Part shown: positions 1 through 9,503 of the stretch, piece by piece
Numbering within the stretch: the stretch's first letter is position 1
Layout of the letters: the number at the start of each line of letters is the position of its first letter
Origin: Nitrospirota bacterium
GTDB taxonomy: Bacteria; Nitrospirota; UBA9217
Assembly (NCBI GenBank): GCA_963737155.1
Contig: CAVTRN010000002.1
Location: 1,632,001 to 1,696,000 of the forward strand
Length of the DNA: 64,000 nucleotides
Direction of reading: 5' to 3'
Notes under the pieces: generated by a model
The model's input: only the letters and a program-made list of their open reading frames with translations
The model's database searches: none
Told to the model about the DNA's origin: nothing
Made by a program: the position numbers and the translations under genes

Positions 1-153
1 AAACATTCAATCCATGATATAGAGAGCAGCGGTTAATTTCGACGTTCTCGCCAGTGCTATGTCTATTGTTCCGTTCGGAGCATCGAATCGATATTATAAC
101 GAATATAGCACAAGTGTGAAGATACATTCTTCTGCAGACGGGTTTACGTTTCG

Positions 154-942
154 TCAATAAAATATTTCAACTCTGTTCTTGCCCCGGCGTTTTGCCTGGT
201 AAAGGGCATCATCAACTCTTTTAATGAAACTATCAAAGTCGTCGCCCCGCAGTAATTGAGTCAAACCGAGGCTGATTGTCATAGTGCATGACCCCTCAAA
301 GGATGAGGAGGCAATAAGATTCCTGATTTTATCGGCCAGTTCTCGCGCATTAGCCGATGCTGTTTCAGGAACAACGATCATGAATTCTTCGCCTCCCCAT
401 CTGCCCACCGCATCAGATACCCGGATGTTATTTTTTAGAATATCAGCCACGCCCTTCAGTACCTTATCGCCCACCTGATGACCATAGGTATCGTTGATAT
501 GTTTAAAGTCGTCAAAATCCAGCATGATTAGAGAGAGCGGGCTGTTGTACCGTTTAGTACGTTCAATCTCCGATTGTATGATTTCCTCCAGTTTTCTCCT
601 ATTGTATATCTGTGTCAGCTTATCGATGGTCGCTGCCACAATGAGTTCCTGTTCCAGTTTCTTGCGTGTTTCGATTTCATGGGCCAGCTGCTTGTTCAAT
701 TTGGTATAACGGTGTAGCGCAAAGTAGGCAGCTCCGCCGGAAATAGCGGTACTGAACAAAATAGTTAGCAGGAGTGACTCCGTGGCATTGATAAAATTAT
801 GAACGATTATTTTCAAAATTTCGAGTGTCGTCATGCCAAGTAGCGTAAAAAGAACAACGGCGACAAGATAGCGTGGTACGAGATTATTCGTATCTTTTGG
901 TTGCTCCTCTTTGTGCCGAGCTTGAACTGTATTATTTGTCAT
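154..942 (-). CDS. Membrane-anchored diguanylate cyclase (GGDEF)
   Basis: Two N-terminal hydrophobic segments, DKLTQIYNRR, DFDDFKHINDTYGHQVGD, active-site GGEEF and an RxxD I-site (RVSD) upstream of it. Confidence 0.93.
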   Translation of the reverse strand: MTNNTVQARHKEEQPKDTNNLVPRYLVAVVLFTLLGMTTLEILKIIVHNFINATESLLLTILFSTAISGGAAYFALHRYTKLNKQLAHEIETRKKLEQELIVAATIDKLTQIYNRRKLEEIIQSEIERTKRYNSPLSLIMLDFDDFKHINDTYGHQVGDKVLKGVADILKNNIRVSDAVGRWGGEEFMIVVPETASANARELADKIRNLIASSSFEGSCTMTISLGLTQLLRGDDFDSFIKRVDDALYQAKRRGKNRVEIFY

Positions 943-1082
943 GGCTTCAGTTTCAGACCCGCTGATAAAATAAAGAACCCTGCAGGGTTCAGATAACTTC
1001 AGCAGAACGATTTAGGACATACGGTATAATGAATTATAGTATGAAGCATTCATGAAAAAATATCAAGGCTGTTAGAAATAAA

Positions 1083-2354
1083 TCACCGGAATGCCGAGGG
1101 AGGGGGCTTGATCTCTGTTGAGGACCCATGCCATGCGGCAATTTTAGACCGGTTCAAGATAACGACCAGAAAGACGACGCCGCAAATAAGCCCACCTAGG
1201 GCAAAAGTGCGCGGCGCATTGATCCAATGGGCGACAGATCCGGCAAATATGCTGCCGAAAGGCGTGAGCCCTCCGAAAGCCAGGGTGTAGACGCTCATCA
1301 CTCTTCCGCGAAGTCGATCTTCTGTGTTCAACTGGACAGTGGTGTTTGCCATGCCGAAAAAAGTAACCATAGCCCATCCCGAGAGCGAGAGAAGCAGGGC
1401 CGACAAAACGAAAGATTTCTGAAAACCTATTAGTATTAGGAAAAGAGAGAGGCCCATGCCGCCACCGAGCAGCATAAAGGGTTGAGGTCCGGATTGGCTC
1501 AATGCAGCAAGAGATACAGCACCGATCAACGCGCCACATCCGAAGGAAGACATAAGGAATCCGAACCCTGCCGCATCGCGATGCAGTTCCTGCCTGGCGA
1601 AAACAGGAACCAGCACATTGAAATTAGTGCCAAAAATACTGACAACGGCCACAAGAAATATGGTGACAAGAACGACAGGCGCGTTCCTGATGTACGTTAC
1701 GGCCTCTCTAATATCTTTAATAACATGATAGGATATATGAATTTCGCTGGCGGCTTCGTCAAACTGCATGAGAAGAAGGCTCCAAAGCACGGCCAAAAAG
1801 CTGAGGCCGTTCACGAAAAAACAGAAAGCGGTGCCGGCCGCTCCGATAATCAAACCGGCAACAGCCGGCCCAACGGCACGGGCAGCATTGAATATGGATG
1901 AATTGAGAGCAATGGCGTTCATAAGGTCTTTTTTGCCGACCATTTCGATAATGAACGCTTGGCGGGCCGGCATGTCGATAGTATTGACGATGCCGAGAAG
2001 CGTGGCAAGGATGAGGATGTGCCAGTAACGGACCGTGCCGGTCCAGTCGAGGACAGCAAGAATGAAAGCAAGCAACATCATAACTGTTTGGGTCCCGATG
2101 ATGATCCTCCGCTTAGGGATATAATCGATGAAGGGCCCCGTGAGAAAGGAGAGGAACAGTATGGGCAGAAATTGAAGAGCCGACACCACCCCAAGTTTGA
2201 AGGAGGAATGGGTCAGTTCTAGCACGAGCCACGCCTGGCCCAAATTCTGCATCCATGTCCCAATGAGGGACACGAGCTGACCCCACCAGAACAAGCGGAA
2301 ATTTCGGTGACGGAGAGCGCTGAAGAGTGTTTTGAGTATCGAAATGTTCCGCAT
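1083..2354 (-). CDS. MFS transporter (MFS_3/H+ antiporter-like)
   Basis: About 12 hydrophobic segments; ALRHRNFRLFW..GQ.VS..GTWMQ N-terminus; LRGRVMS motif. Confidence 0.9.
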   Translation of the reverse strand: MRNISILKTLFSALRHRNFRLFWWGQLVSLIGTWMQNLGQAWLVLELTHSSFKLGVVSALQFLPILFLSFLTGPFIDYIPKRRIIIGTQTVMMLLAFILAVLDWTGTVRYWHILILATLLGIVNTIDMPARQAFIIEMVGKKDLMNAIALNSSIFNAARAVGPAVAGLIIGAAGTAFCFFVNGLSFLAVLWSLLLMQFDEAASEIHISYHVIKDIREAVTYIRNAPVVLVTIFLVAVVSIFGTNFNVLVPVFARQELHRDAAGFGFLMSSFGCGALIGAVSLAALSQSGPQPFMLLGGGMGLSLFLILIGFQKSFVLSALLLSLSGWAMVTFFGMANTTVQLNTEDRLRGRVMSVYTLAFGGLTPFGSIFAGSVAHWINAPRTFALGGLICGVVFLVVILNRSKIAAWHGSSTEIKPPPSAFR

Positions 2355-2491
2355 GATGCCGATTAATGTCCTTTAGGCACAGTATAGCACGGGTGAAAAA
2401 TTCTTGGAAATTCGATGGAGGGAAAAACGGGGCGATGGGGTCGTGCACCGGCGCTGCGTCCTCGAGAAGGGAACGTCGCCGGTGCTTGCTG

Positions 2492-2926
2492 TTAGTCCTT
2501 TTTCTTAGATGCAAACATGTAGTCGATGTAACCCATGACCTGAATCCTTCCTTCTTCGGGAACTTGTCGCAGTTTTCTTATTATCTGTATTTCTTCAGTG
2601 CTCATAATCCTCGTGAGATAATTGCATTGCTCTTCAGAAAGCGGATATTTGCGTTTCTCCCGCCTGATTTTCTTCTCTGACGGAGCAAGAAAAAACCCCT
2701 TTACCTCGAAGGGAACTTTTTCCTTATGGGCTGTCAGGATCAGGACCGTTTTATCGATGCCGAGCTTGTTCGCGATAGTAATGAGGGTTGTGTCCTTCGG
2801 GATGTGGCCTTTGTTCATCGTGACCCGCAGGAGTTCTGGGCTGAGCCCGAGGGCCTTCGATGCGTCCTTTAGATTGTGATAACCTTTGCTTTCGAGTGCC
2901 TGCCTGATAATATCGGATAATTTCAT
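2492..2926 (-). CDS. Hypothetical protein with probable XRE-like HTH N-terminus
   Basis: LKDASKALGLSPELLR...GHIP...LITIANKLGID pattern; start placed at the ATG after an AAAGG RBS. Confidence 0.6.
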   Translation of the reverse strand: MKLSDIIRQALESKGYHNLKDASKALGLSPELLRVTMNKGHIPKDTTLITIANKLGIDKTVLILTAHKEKVPFEVKGFFLAPSEKKIRREKRKYPLSEEQCNYLTRIMSTEEIQIIRKLRQVPEEGRIQVMGYIDYMFASKKKD

Positions 2927-3008
2927 GACAACGCCTTTCTGCGGCATCTGGATGGAAAGTGCCGCTTTGTTCATAGTGTTGCGGAATCCGATTGTAACAA
3001 AATGATCG

Positions 3009-4910
3009 TCAGCCTCTCAATACTCTTTTGTCTCCGACCCGCTGGGTGAGTTTCAGGGAATCAAAATATTCCATGAGAGGCACGGCAAATTTGCGGGAAG
3101 TTCTGGCAAGATCGCGGAATTCGGCCATGGTGATCTCTTTCTTATCTATGAGATACTTTTTGAGGTCATCCTTTACCATCTCGACAACCTCTTTGTCGAG
3201 ATGGAGGGAATCATTGATTCTGACCGTGCGGCCTTCGTCGGAAAGGAGTTTCAACAGATCCCTGGCGTCCTTCTCGCTGATCTCGAAGAGCGCCGGAAGA
3301 TCTTCGCGGACTGGGGGTTGGGTGCCACCTTTTCTGATCGCCTCTACGATCTTGTTTTTCACTTCATTCTGAACCGCGCCGCGGGCAGCCTTGAATCCCG
3401 GAGTCTTGAGCTTCGGACCTTCCTGATCGATCAGTCTTTTTCTAATCAGGCTGTCGATTGCCATGGCTAGGACCTTGGATGAAAGCCGCATCCTGAGCAT
3501 GCTTTTGAGTTCTTCCTTGTCAATCCCCGGCTTAAGCGGATTGTCGTTATGATACCGGTTTGTGAGGTTTAGAATTTTCTCTTCGAGAGTCGAAATCTGC
3601 GATCCATGAACATAGAGATTATCGACCCGAAGCAGGACCTTTTTCTGGGCCAAGGTGGAGAGTCCCGTGAGAACTTCCTGTTTGTCGACGGCTAAAGTTC
3701 CTATGGCTTCGGCCTCCGTCATGCCGGCAAGACCTTTTCCGGAAACAAAGATCTCGAGTTTATCCTCGAGGTTTCCTTTTTCTAGTATCCCGAGATTCCC
3801 GAGCGTCTGTTTCATGGTCGCTTGTTTATGCCTTCGCGTATAAGGGGTTAGAACCATGCCTCCACCTAGGGTTTCCATGGGCGAATAGAAACGCAGGATA
3901 TATCGGTCTCCATGCTGGAGAATCACCGACTGTTCGATACGGAGTTGAACATAGGCCTCGCCGCCCGGTGAGAGTTCGTTTATCCCGAGAAGGGTAATTC
4001 TGCCCATGGCCTCTTGGGTCGTATTGTAAAAGCGGATTCGTGCTCCGGTCTTGAGCCTCCGCGAGGCCTGCTTGAGCAAATCGAGTTTCGCATCGAGCGT
4101 TTTCGTCGGGGTGAAAAATCCTGCGCTCACGATAGTATCGCCGCGGGAAATCTGGTTTTTGTCGACGCCTTGGAGATTGACGGCCGTACGCTGGCCCGCG
4201 ACGGAGCGCTGAACTGCCAGGTTATGAGACTGAATGCCTCGGACCTTAGTCTTGATGCCCCGGGGCAGAATGTCCACTTCCTGATTCGTGCTGATCGTGC
4301 CTGAGAGCAGGGTACCGGTGACGATAGTGCCGAACCCTTTCATGGTGAAGACGCGATCAATTGGGAGGCGCAGGATTCCGTTCGGCGATTTCGGGGTGAC
4401 ATCCGCAGCCAGTTTGGCGAGTTCCTGCACGAGAAGAGAAAGATTTTCCCCGGTCTTAGATGAGACCGGTATAAGAGGGGAGTTCTTAAGAAAGGTGTCT
4501 TTGACATATTGGCGCACTTCATCCGTGACCAGGGCAAGCCAGTCTTTTTCTACCAGGTCTGTTTTCGTAAGGGCGATCAAGCCCTTCTTGACATGCAACA
4601 GGTCGCAAATGGCAAGGTGTTCGCGCGTCTGGGGCATGATGCCCTCGTCGGCGGCGATCACGAGCATGACGATGTCGATTCCGCCAATACCAGCGAGCAT
4701 GTTTTTAATCAGACCTTCGTGTCCGGGTACATCAACGATGCCGAGGCGGCTGCCGCCGGGAAGATCAAGGGATGCAAAGCCCAGATCAAGAGTGATGCCG
4801 CGCTCTTTCTCTTCTTTAAGACGGTCCGGGTCAATGCCGGTAAGAGCTTTTACTAGGCTGGATTTCCCGTGGTCAATATGTCCGGCAGTGCCGAGAATGA
4901 TGTATTTCAT
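3009..4910 (-). CDS. selB: Selenocysteine-specific elongation factor SelB
   Basis: GTAGHIDHGKS, ERGITLDLGF, DVPGHE; C-terminal winged helix with SRKFAVPLMEYFD...RVGDKR; adjacent to selA. Confidence 0.97.
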   Translation of the reverse strand: MKYIILGTAGHIDHGKSSLVKALTGIDPDRLKEEKERGITLDLGFASLDLPGGSRLGIVDVPGHEGLIKNMLAGIGGIDIVMLVIAADEGIMPQTREHLAICDLLHVKKGLIALTKTDLVEKDWLALVTDEVRQYVKDTFLKNSPLIPVSSKTGENLSLLVQELAKLAADVTPKSPNGILRLPIDRVFTMKGFGTIVTGTLLSGTISTNQEVDILPRGIKTKVRGIQSHNLAVQRSVAGQRTAVNLQGVDKNQISRGDTIVSAGFFTPTKTLDAKLDLLKQASRRLKTGARIRFYNTTQEAMGRITLLGINELSPGGEAYVQLRIEQSVILQHGDRYILRFYSPMETLGGGMVLTPYTRRHKQATMKQTLGNLGILEKGNLEDKLEIFVSGKGLAGMTEAEAIGTLAVDKQEVLTGLSTLAQKKVLLRVDNLYVHGSQISTLEEKILNLTNRYHNDNPLKPGIDKEELKSMLRMRLSSKVLAMAIDSLIRKRLIDQEGPKLKTPGFKAARGAVQNEVKNKIVEAIRKGGTQPPVREDLPALFEISEKDARDLLKLLSDEGRTVRINDSLHLDKEVVEMVKDDLKKYLIDKKEITMAEFRDLARTSRKFAVPLMEYFDSLKLTQRVGDKRVLRG

Positions 4911-4988
4911 GGGGCAGAAGACGGCTAACATTAAGCGATAAACAGGCGACGGCATGAAGATAGGAATAAACGCAGGATATATTCCTGC

Positions 4989-6410
4989 CTAACGTCTACA
5001 GCATGCTGTCCCCTTGAGGGTTGCTCCCATTGCTTCCACGATTTTTCCGATTTCCTCATCGTTCAGTGTCCGGGGGTCGAAAACGACCATGCCTTCCTTG
5101 ATCCGTGTGATGACATGCGGCTGACCAAGACGGAGGCTCGATTCAATCTGGTTCGCGCTCAACCGTTCATGTCGTATGCAGACGGTTTTCGTCGGGAAGT
5201 TCCCGGTCGGCAGCGCGCCGCCACCGCTCTGGGAACGGTCATCCTGGACTGAGATCGACAGCCCCTCGTCGCGGATATTTTGAAAGCCCTTTTTCAGTAG
5301 ATAGGCCTTGCGTTCAATTTCACTCAGAGGCTGGGTAAGCATCCAGAGCGTTGGAATTTCCCGCACCGCCTTTTCCTTGTCCAAGTACTGGCCCAGTGTG
5401 GCGTCAAGCGCGGCAAGGGTGAGTTTGTCGATCCGGAGAGCGCGACCGAGGGGGTTGGACCTGATAGGGTCCAGATAGGATTTTTTGCCTAGGATTAGGC
5501 CTGCCTGGGGACCACCGAGCAGTTTGTCGCCGCTGAAGGTGATCACGTCGACGCCGGAATCTACAGCCTGCTGCACGGTGGGTTCGCTACCCGTGCCATA
5601 GGTTGAAAGGTCGATGAAACTGCCGCTACCCAAGTCCCACATGACAGGAATATTATGTTTTTTACCGAGTCGGGAAAGCTCTTCAGAAGGAACTTCCTTA
5701 GTGAAACCGACAATTTTGTAGTTGCTTGTATGGACCTTCAGGATCAGACCCGTCTGGCTGCTGAGAGCATTTTCGTAGTCTTTCAGGTGGGTCTTGTTCG
5801 TGGTCCCGACTTCACGAAGGATGGCTCCACTCCGCTCCATCACATCGGGCACGCGGAAGGAGCCTCCGATCTCAACTAGCTCACCCCGGGACACGATAAC
5901 CTCCCTCCCCCGGGCAAGCGTATTGAGACAAAGAAGGACGGCTGCTGCGTTGTTGTTTACGGCCGTCGCAGCTTCAACGCTTGTGAGGCGTGTGAGCATT
6001 TTTTCAACATGAACGTAGCGCTTTCCCCGCTCGCCGGCAACGATGTCATATTCGAGATTCGAGTAGCCCCGGCTTATCTCGGTGATTCTTCGGAGCGCTT
6101 TTTCCGAAAGAATGGAGCGTCCGAGGTTCGTATGGACGATAACGCCGGTGGCATTGATAACGGGCCTGAGGCTTGGCTCGGACAATTCCCGGAGAATGAC
6201 TTCGGTATCATCGAGGATGGCGGTGAGGGTAAGGTCATTGCGATTGGCGTCTTTACCCACCGCCTGAAGGATTGACTTACGCCGTGTATCGACGGCGGTC
6301 CTGATGGCCTCGAGCACCAAGATCCTCGGGTACGTTTCAAGCCACGCAAGCGTCCTGTTTTCCTTCAAAATATCGTCGATCGAGGGCAAATGCCTGAGCA
6401 ACTCATTCAT
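4989..6410 (-). CDS. selA: L-seryl-tRNA(Sec) selenium transferase SelA
   Basis: VINATGVIVHTNLGRS, VNNNAAAVLL, SRGELVEIGGSFR, PLP lysine motif FSGDKLLGGPQAG. Confidence 0.97.
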   Translation of the reverse strand: MNELLRHLPSIDDILKENRTLAWLETYPRILVLEAIRTAVDTRRKSILQAVGKDANRNDLTLTAILDDTEVILRELSEPSLRPVINATGVIVHTNLGRSILSEKALRRITEISRGYSNLEYDIVAGERGKRYVHVEKMLTRLTSVEAATAVNNNAAAVLLCLNTLARGREVIVSRGELVEIGGSFRVPDVMERSGAILREVGTTNKTHLKDYENALSSQTGLILKVHTSNYKIVGFTKEVPSEELSRLGKKHNIPVMWDLGSGSFIDLSTYGTGSEPTVQQAVDSGVDVITFSGDKLLGGPQAGLILGKKSYLDPIRSNPLGRALRIDKLTLAALDATLGQYLDKEKAVREIPTLWMLTQPLSEIERKAYLLKKGFQNIRDEGLSISVQDDRSQSGGGALPTGNFPTKTVCIRHERLSANQIESSLRLGQPHVITRIKEGMVVFDPRTLNDEEIGKIVEAMGATLKGTACCRR

Positions 6411-6417
6411 AAAGATT

Positions 6418-6446
6418 AACATATCATAGCGGCGCGGAAATTTCAA
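6418..6446 (-). promoter_or_regulatory. sigma70-type promoter for selA, probably leaderless
   Basis: Minus strand TTGAAA-N17-TATGTT with extended TG, 7 nt before ATG 6410, no SD. Confidence 0.6.
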
Positions 6447-6513
6447 CAACCCATTCCCCTTGTTTCATTGTCTTTTTTGCCCTTTACATCGGCTGGAGAA
6501 TAATCCACTTGAG

Positions 6514-6720
6514 GTGCCTATAAACAGACAAAAATTATTGAAAGGAATTGCAGTCGCTGGCATGACGCTTGCGAAAGAAGAGCTGTTCGTTCCTATTGCT
6601 GATGCGATAGGGGTCCCCCCGGTTAACCTCGCGCACATCACGGACCTCAATCTTGATGTTGACGGGAAAAGCATCAGGCTATACCGAAAGAAAGAACATG
6701 CCGATCAACATCGAATCGCT
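6514..6720 (+). pseudogene. N-terminal remnant of a Tat-exported metallophosphoesterase-like gene
   Basis: VPINRQKLLKGIAVAG resembles a decayed twin-arginine signal; LAHITDLNLD resembles the HxSDxH metallophos motif I; the frame then runs antisense into rnr. Confidence 0.4.
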
Positions 6721-6726
6721 TCGAAT

Positions 6727-8874
6727 TTATTCCCCGCTTTCAAGCGAGAAATCGACTCTCTTGCGGATCGTATCCACGCGGTCGACGCGCACCCGGACGG
6801 CATTGCCGATCTGGTAGGAGCACTTTTTTCGTTCACCGCGCAAGCAGTGCAGCTTCTCAATGTAATGGTAATAATCGCCAGTCAGCGTCGATACATGGAC
6901 CAGTCCCTCCACGAACAGATCGCGCAACTGCACGAAGAAACCAAATTGAGTCACGCCAGTAATGATGCCGTCGTACACTTCGCCCAGTTTGTCCTCCATG
7001 AAGCGGAGTTTCAGCATAGTGATCACGTCACGCTCTGCTTCCATTGCTTTGCGTTCGCGCTGCGAACAGTGCGTTGCGGCCTCGGCCAGTGTTGAAGCGA
7101 GGTGATCGACATACTTTTTATCATTTAGTATGCCTTTTATATCCGCCTTCAGGATCCGGTGCACGATTAGATCTGGGTAACGTCGAATTGGGGAGGTGAA
7201 GTGGGTGTAGGTTTCGGACGCGAGGCCGAAATGACCGGCGTTCTCAGAAGAATAGCGCGCTTGTTTCATTGTGCGAAGGAGAACAGTATTGATCAATGTT
7301 TCTTCGGTGGTGCCTTTGGCCCGGGCTAGTGCTTTCTGGAGATGAATCGGCTTGATTTTTTTGCCTGTGGGAAGCGAAATGCCGAGTGTGGTGAGAAATT
7401 CTACGAGGTCTGCCATCTTATCTTCGTCTGGTTCTTCATGGATTCGGTAGATGAACGGTGCTTTCCTGTTTTCAATATGAGTCGCCACGGTTTCGTTTGC
7501 GGCGAGCATGAATTCCTCAATGATCTGGTGAGCCATGTTGCGCTCTGCCCTGATGATGTCGGTCATCCGGCCCTGGAGGTCGAGGATGATTTCTGGCTCT
7601 GGAAGGTCGAAGTCGATGCTTCCCCGCTTCGCCCGCTTGGCGCGTAGGATTTCCATCAGCTCCGCCATGAGTTCGAACTCTGGGAGCAGGTTAGTGTACC
7701 GATTTCGTTGCGCCTGATCATGGTCCACGAGAACTTCACGAACAGCAGTGTAAGTCATCCGCTCGTTGCTGTTGATGACGCTTTCGTAGATATCGTGCCG
7801 CATGACAGAACCGGTGGGAGAAATGTCCATCTCGCAGGTAAGTGTGAGCCGGTCGACATTCGGATTCAGACTACAGATGCCGTTTGAGAGCTGCATGGGG
7901 AGCATGGGGATGACGCGATCGGGCAGATATACACTCGTCCCGCGCTGGTACGCCTCGTCGTCGAGCAGCGTCCCTTCTTTGACATACTGAGACACGTCGG
8001 CGATATGGACATGGAGCCGGTAGCCTGAATTGATCTTTTCGATCGAGACAGCGTCGTCGAAATCGCGCGCTTTTTCGCCATCGATTGTAACTGTGGGCAA
8101 GGCTCTCAGATCGCGTCTGCCGCGGCGCATGAAGGGTGACACCTGCTGAGGAATCGATTCAGCTGCACTCACCGCAGCAGGGGAGAACTGGACAGGAAGT
8201 TCGTATTGCTCGACAATTAGCTCGGAATCGATGCTCGGCTGGCCGGGTTTGCCGATGACCTTGATAATTCTGCCTTCTGGCGGCCTGCCGTGCAGAGGAT
8301 AGGCTGTAATCGCGGCAGAGACAATGTCGCCAGGCTGCGCTGTCCCCGCATCCTCCTTGCTGACGACCAGGGCGTGGGTCAATTTTACATCAAAGGGCGT
8401 CACAAAGCCATATCCGCCGGTTTTCGTCCCAGAGACATCGTATGTTCCGACCACCCTGGTGCGTGCACGCTCAAGAATGCGGATGATCACGCCCTCCCTT
8501 TTGCCGGAAGTTTTCTTTTTGCCTGACGGCGGTGTTACCCGAACTACAACTGTATCACCATCCATAGCATCGATACGGCTTCGCGCGGATATGTAGATAT
8601 CAGTCTTCCCTTTCTTTCCCGGCATGACGAACCCGTAGCCTTGGGTATGGGCTTGGAATACTCCGGTTTCGAGGTCCATCTTCTCCGGCAGACCGTACCT
8701 GTTTCCGCGAGTCTTGATAATTTCGCCACTCAGCACCAGTTCACTTAGAACCTGCTTCAGCTCGCGCCGGTCATCCGCCGTGAGCCTGAGCTGGCGCATG
8801 ATCTCGCGCACGAGCATGGGTTTTCCGAGCCGAGCCTTAATAAGGTTGGTGATTTGTTTGTGAGTGTATTCCAT
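6727..8874 (-). CDS. rnr: Ribonuclease R
   Basis: N-terminal HTH and cold-shock domains, TIDGEKARDFDDAVS, HFTSPIRRYPD, C-terminal S1 domain. Confidence 0.96.
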   Translation of the reverse strand: MEYTHKQITNLIKARLGKPMLVREIMRQLRLTADDRRELKQVLSELVLSGEIIKTRGNRYGLPEKMDLETGVFQAHTQGYGFVMPGKKGKTDIYISARSRIDAMDGDTVVVRVTPPSGKKKTSGKREGVIIRILERARTRVVGTYDVSGTKTGGYGFVTPFDVKLTHALVVSKEDAGTAQPGDIVSAAITAYPLHGRPPEGRIIKVIGKPGQPSIDSELIVEQYELPVQFSPAAVSAAESIPQQVSPFMRRGRRDLRALPTVTIDGEKARDFDDAVSIEKINSGYRLHVHIADVSQYVKEGTLLDDEAYQRGTSVYLPDRVIPMLPMQLSNGICSLNPNVDRLTLTCEMDISPTGSVMRHDIYESVINSNERMTYTAVREVLVDHDQAQRNRYTNLLPEFELMAELMEILRAKRAKRGSIDFDLPEPEIILDLQGRMTDIIRAERNMAHQIIEEFMLAANETVATHIENRKAPFIYRIHEEPDEDKMADLVEFLTTLGISLPTGKKIKPIHLQKALARAKGTTEETLINTVLLRTMKQARYSSENAGHFGLASETYTHFTSPIRRYPDLIVHRILKADIKGILNDKKYVDHLASTLAEAATHCSQRERKAMEAERDVITMLKLRFMEDKLGEVYDGIITGVTQFGFFVQLRDLFVEGLVHVSTLTGDYYHYIEKLHCLRGERKKCSYQIGNAVRVRVDRVDTIRKRVDFSLESGE

Positions 8875-8983
8875 AAGAAAGAAATCAGAGTTCTTAGTTA
8901 GGTGTTCAGAAGAAACGCCTGCAATGGATCGCGTTCTTTACTATGAACTTTGAAGTGCAAATTCTAAACTTCGGGTTTTGAAC

Positions 8984-9382
8984 TTAATATATTCTAAGCA
9001 GCTTTCCCTTGGCTTCCGCGATAACGACCGGACCGCGTTCTATTCTTGCTTCGGCGAGGATCAGCCTTTTTGTTTCCTGCGTGATTATTCCCGCGATAAC
9101 GAGTTCTGCCCCCGGGACGGCAGGCGCTTTAAATTTGACAATGATCTCGGCGGTTAAGGCCGGGATCCCAAGGTTGAAGGCCAGCTTGACCATTGCTTCA
9201 TCGAGCAGGGAGGAGAGGATGCCGCCGTGGACGATTCCTTCATAGCCCTGATGAATGTCCGATGGTATAAAAACTGCGTTAATGCTCTTTGTTTTCGCGT
9301 TGATCGTGAAATCGACGGCAAGACCCGAAGGATTTTTTTTGCCACAAACATAACATAACTCGTTATCTCGAAGTTGATTCAT
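8984..9382 (-). CDS. PaaI/hotdog-fold thioesterase
   Basis: CYVCG..NP.GL and HQGYEGIVHGGILSSLLDE motifs. Confidence 0.88.
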   Translation of the reverse strand: MNQLRDNELCYVCGKKNPSGLAVDFTINAKTKSINAVFIPSDIHQGYEGIVHGGILSSLLDEAMVKLAFNLGIPALTAEIIVKFKAPAVPGAELVIAGIITQETKRLILAEARIERGPVVIAEAKGKLLRIY

Positions 9383-9467
9383 AGACGTTAGGCGGACCCA
9401 ATCCAAGCGCCGGTATCCACATCGGAGTAACTGCTTCTTAATGTTTCTTCCGCTCCGATGTCCGCGC

Positions 9468-9496
9468 TTGTATCTCTAGCTGCTTGCAAGTATAAT
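9468..9496 (+). promoter_or_regulatory. sigma70-type promoter for glnE, probably leaderless
   Basis: TTGTAT-N17-TATAAT ending 7 nt before ATG 9504, no SD. Confidence 0.7.
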
Positions 9497-9503
9497 ATAA
9501 AAA

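Noticed and set aside
2445-2485. GC-rich hairpin (GCACCGGCG / CGCCGGTGC) downstream of the selAB cluster, considered as tRNA-Sec or a SECIS element
   Set aside because: No cloverleaf or UCA anticodon arm and not downstream of an in-frame UGA; probably a terminator or stability hairpin, though it lacks a clear U tract
6460-7095. 211 aa plus-strand ORF
   Set aside because: Most of it is the antisense shadow of rnr; only the first ~70 codons from 6514 look like a gene relic
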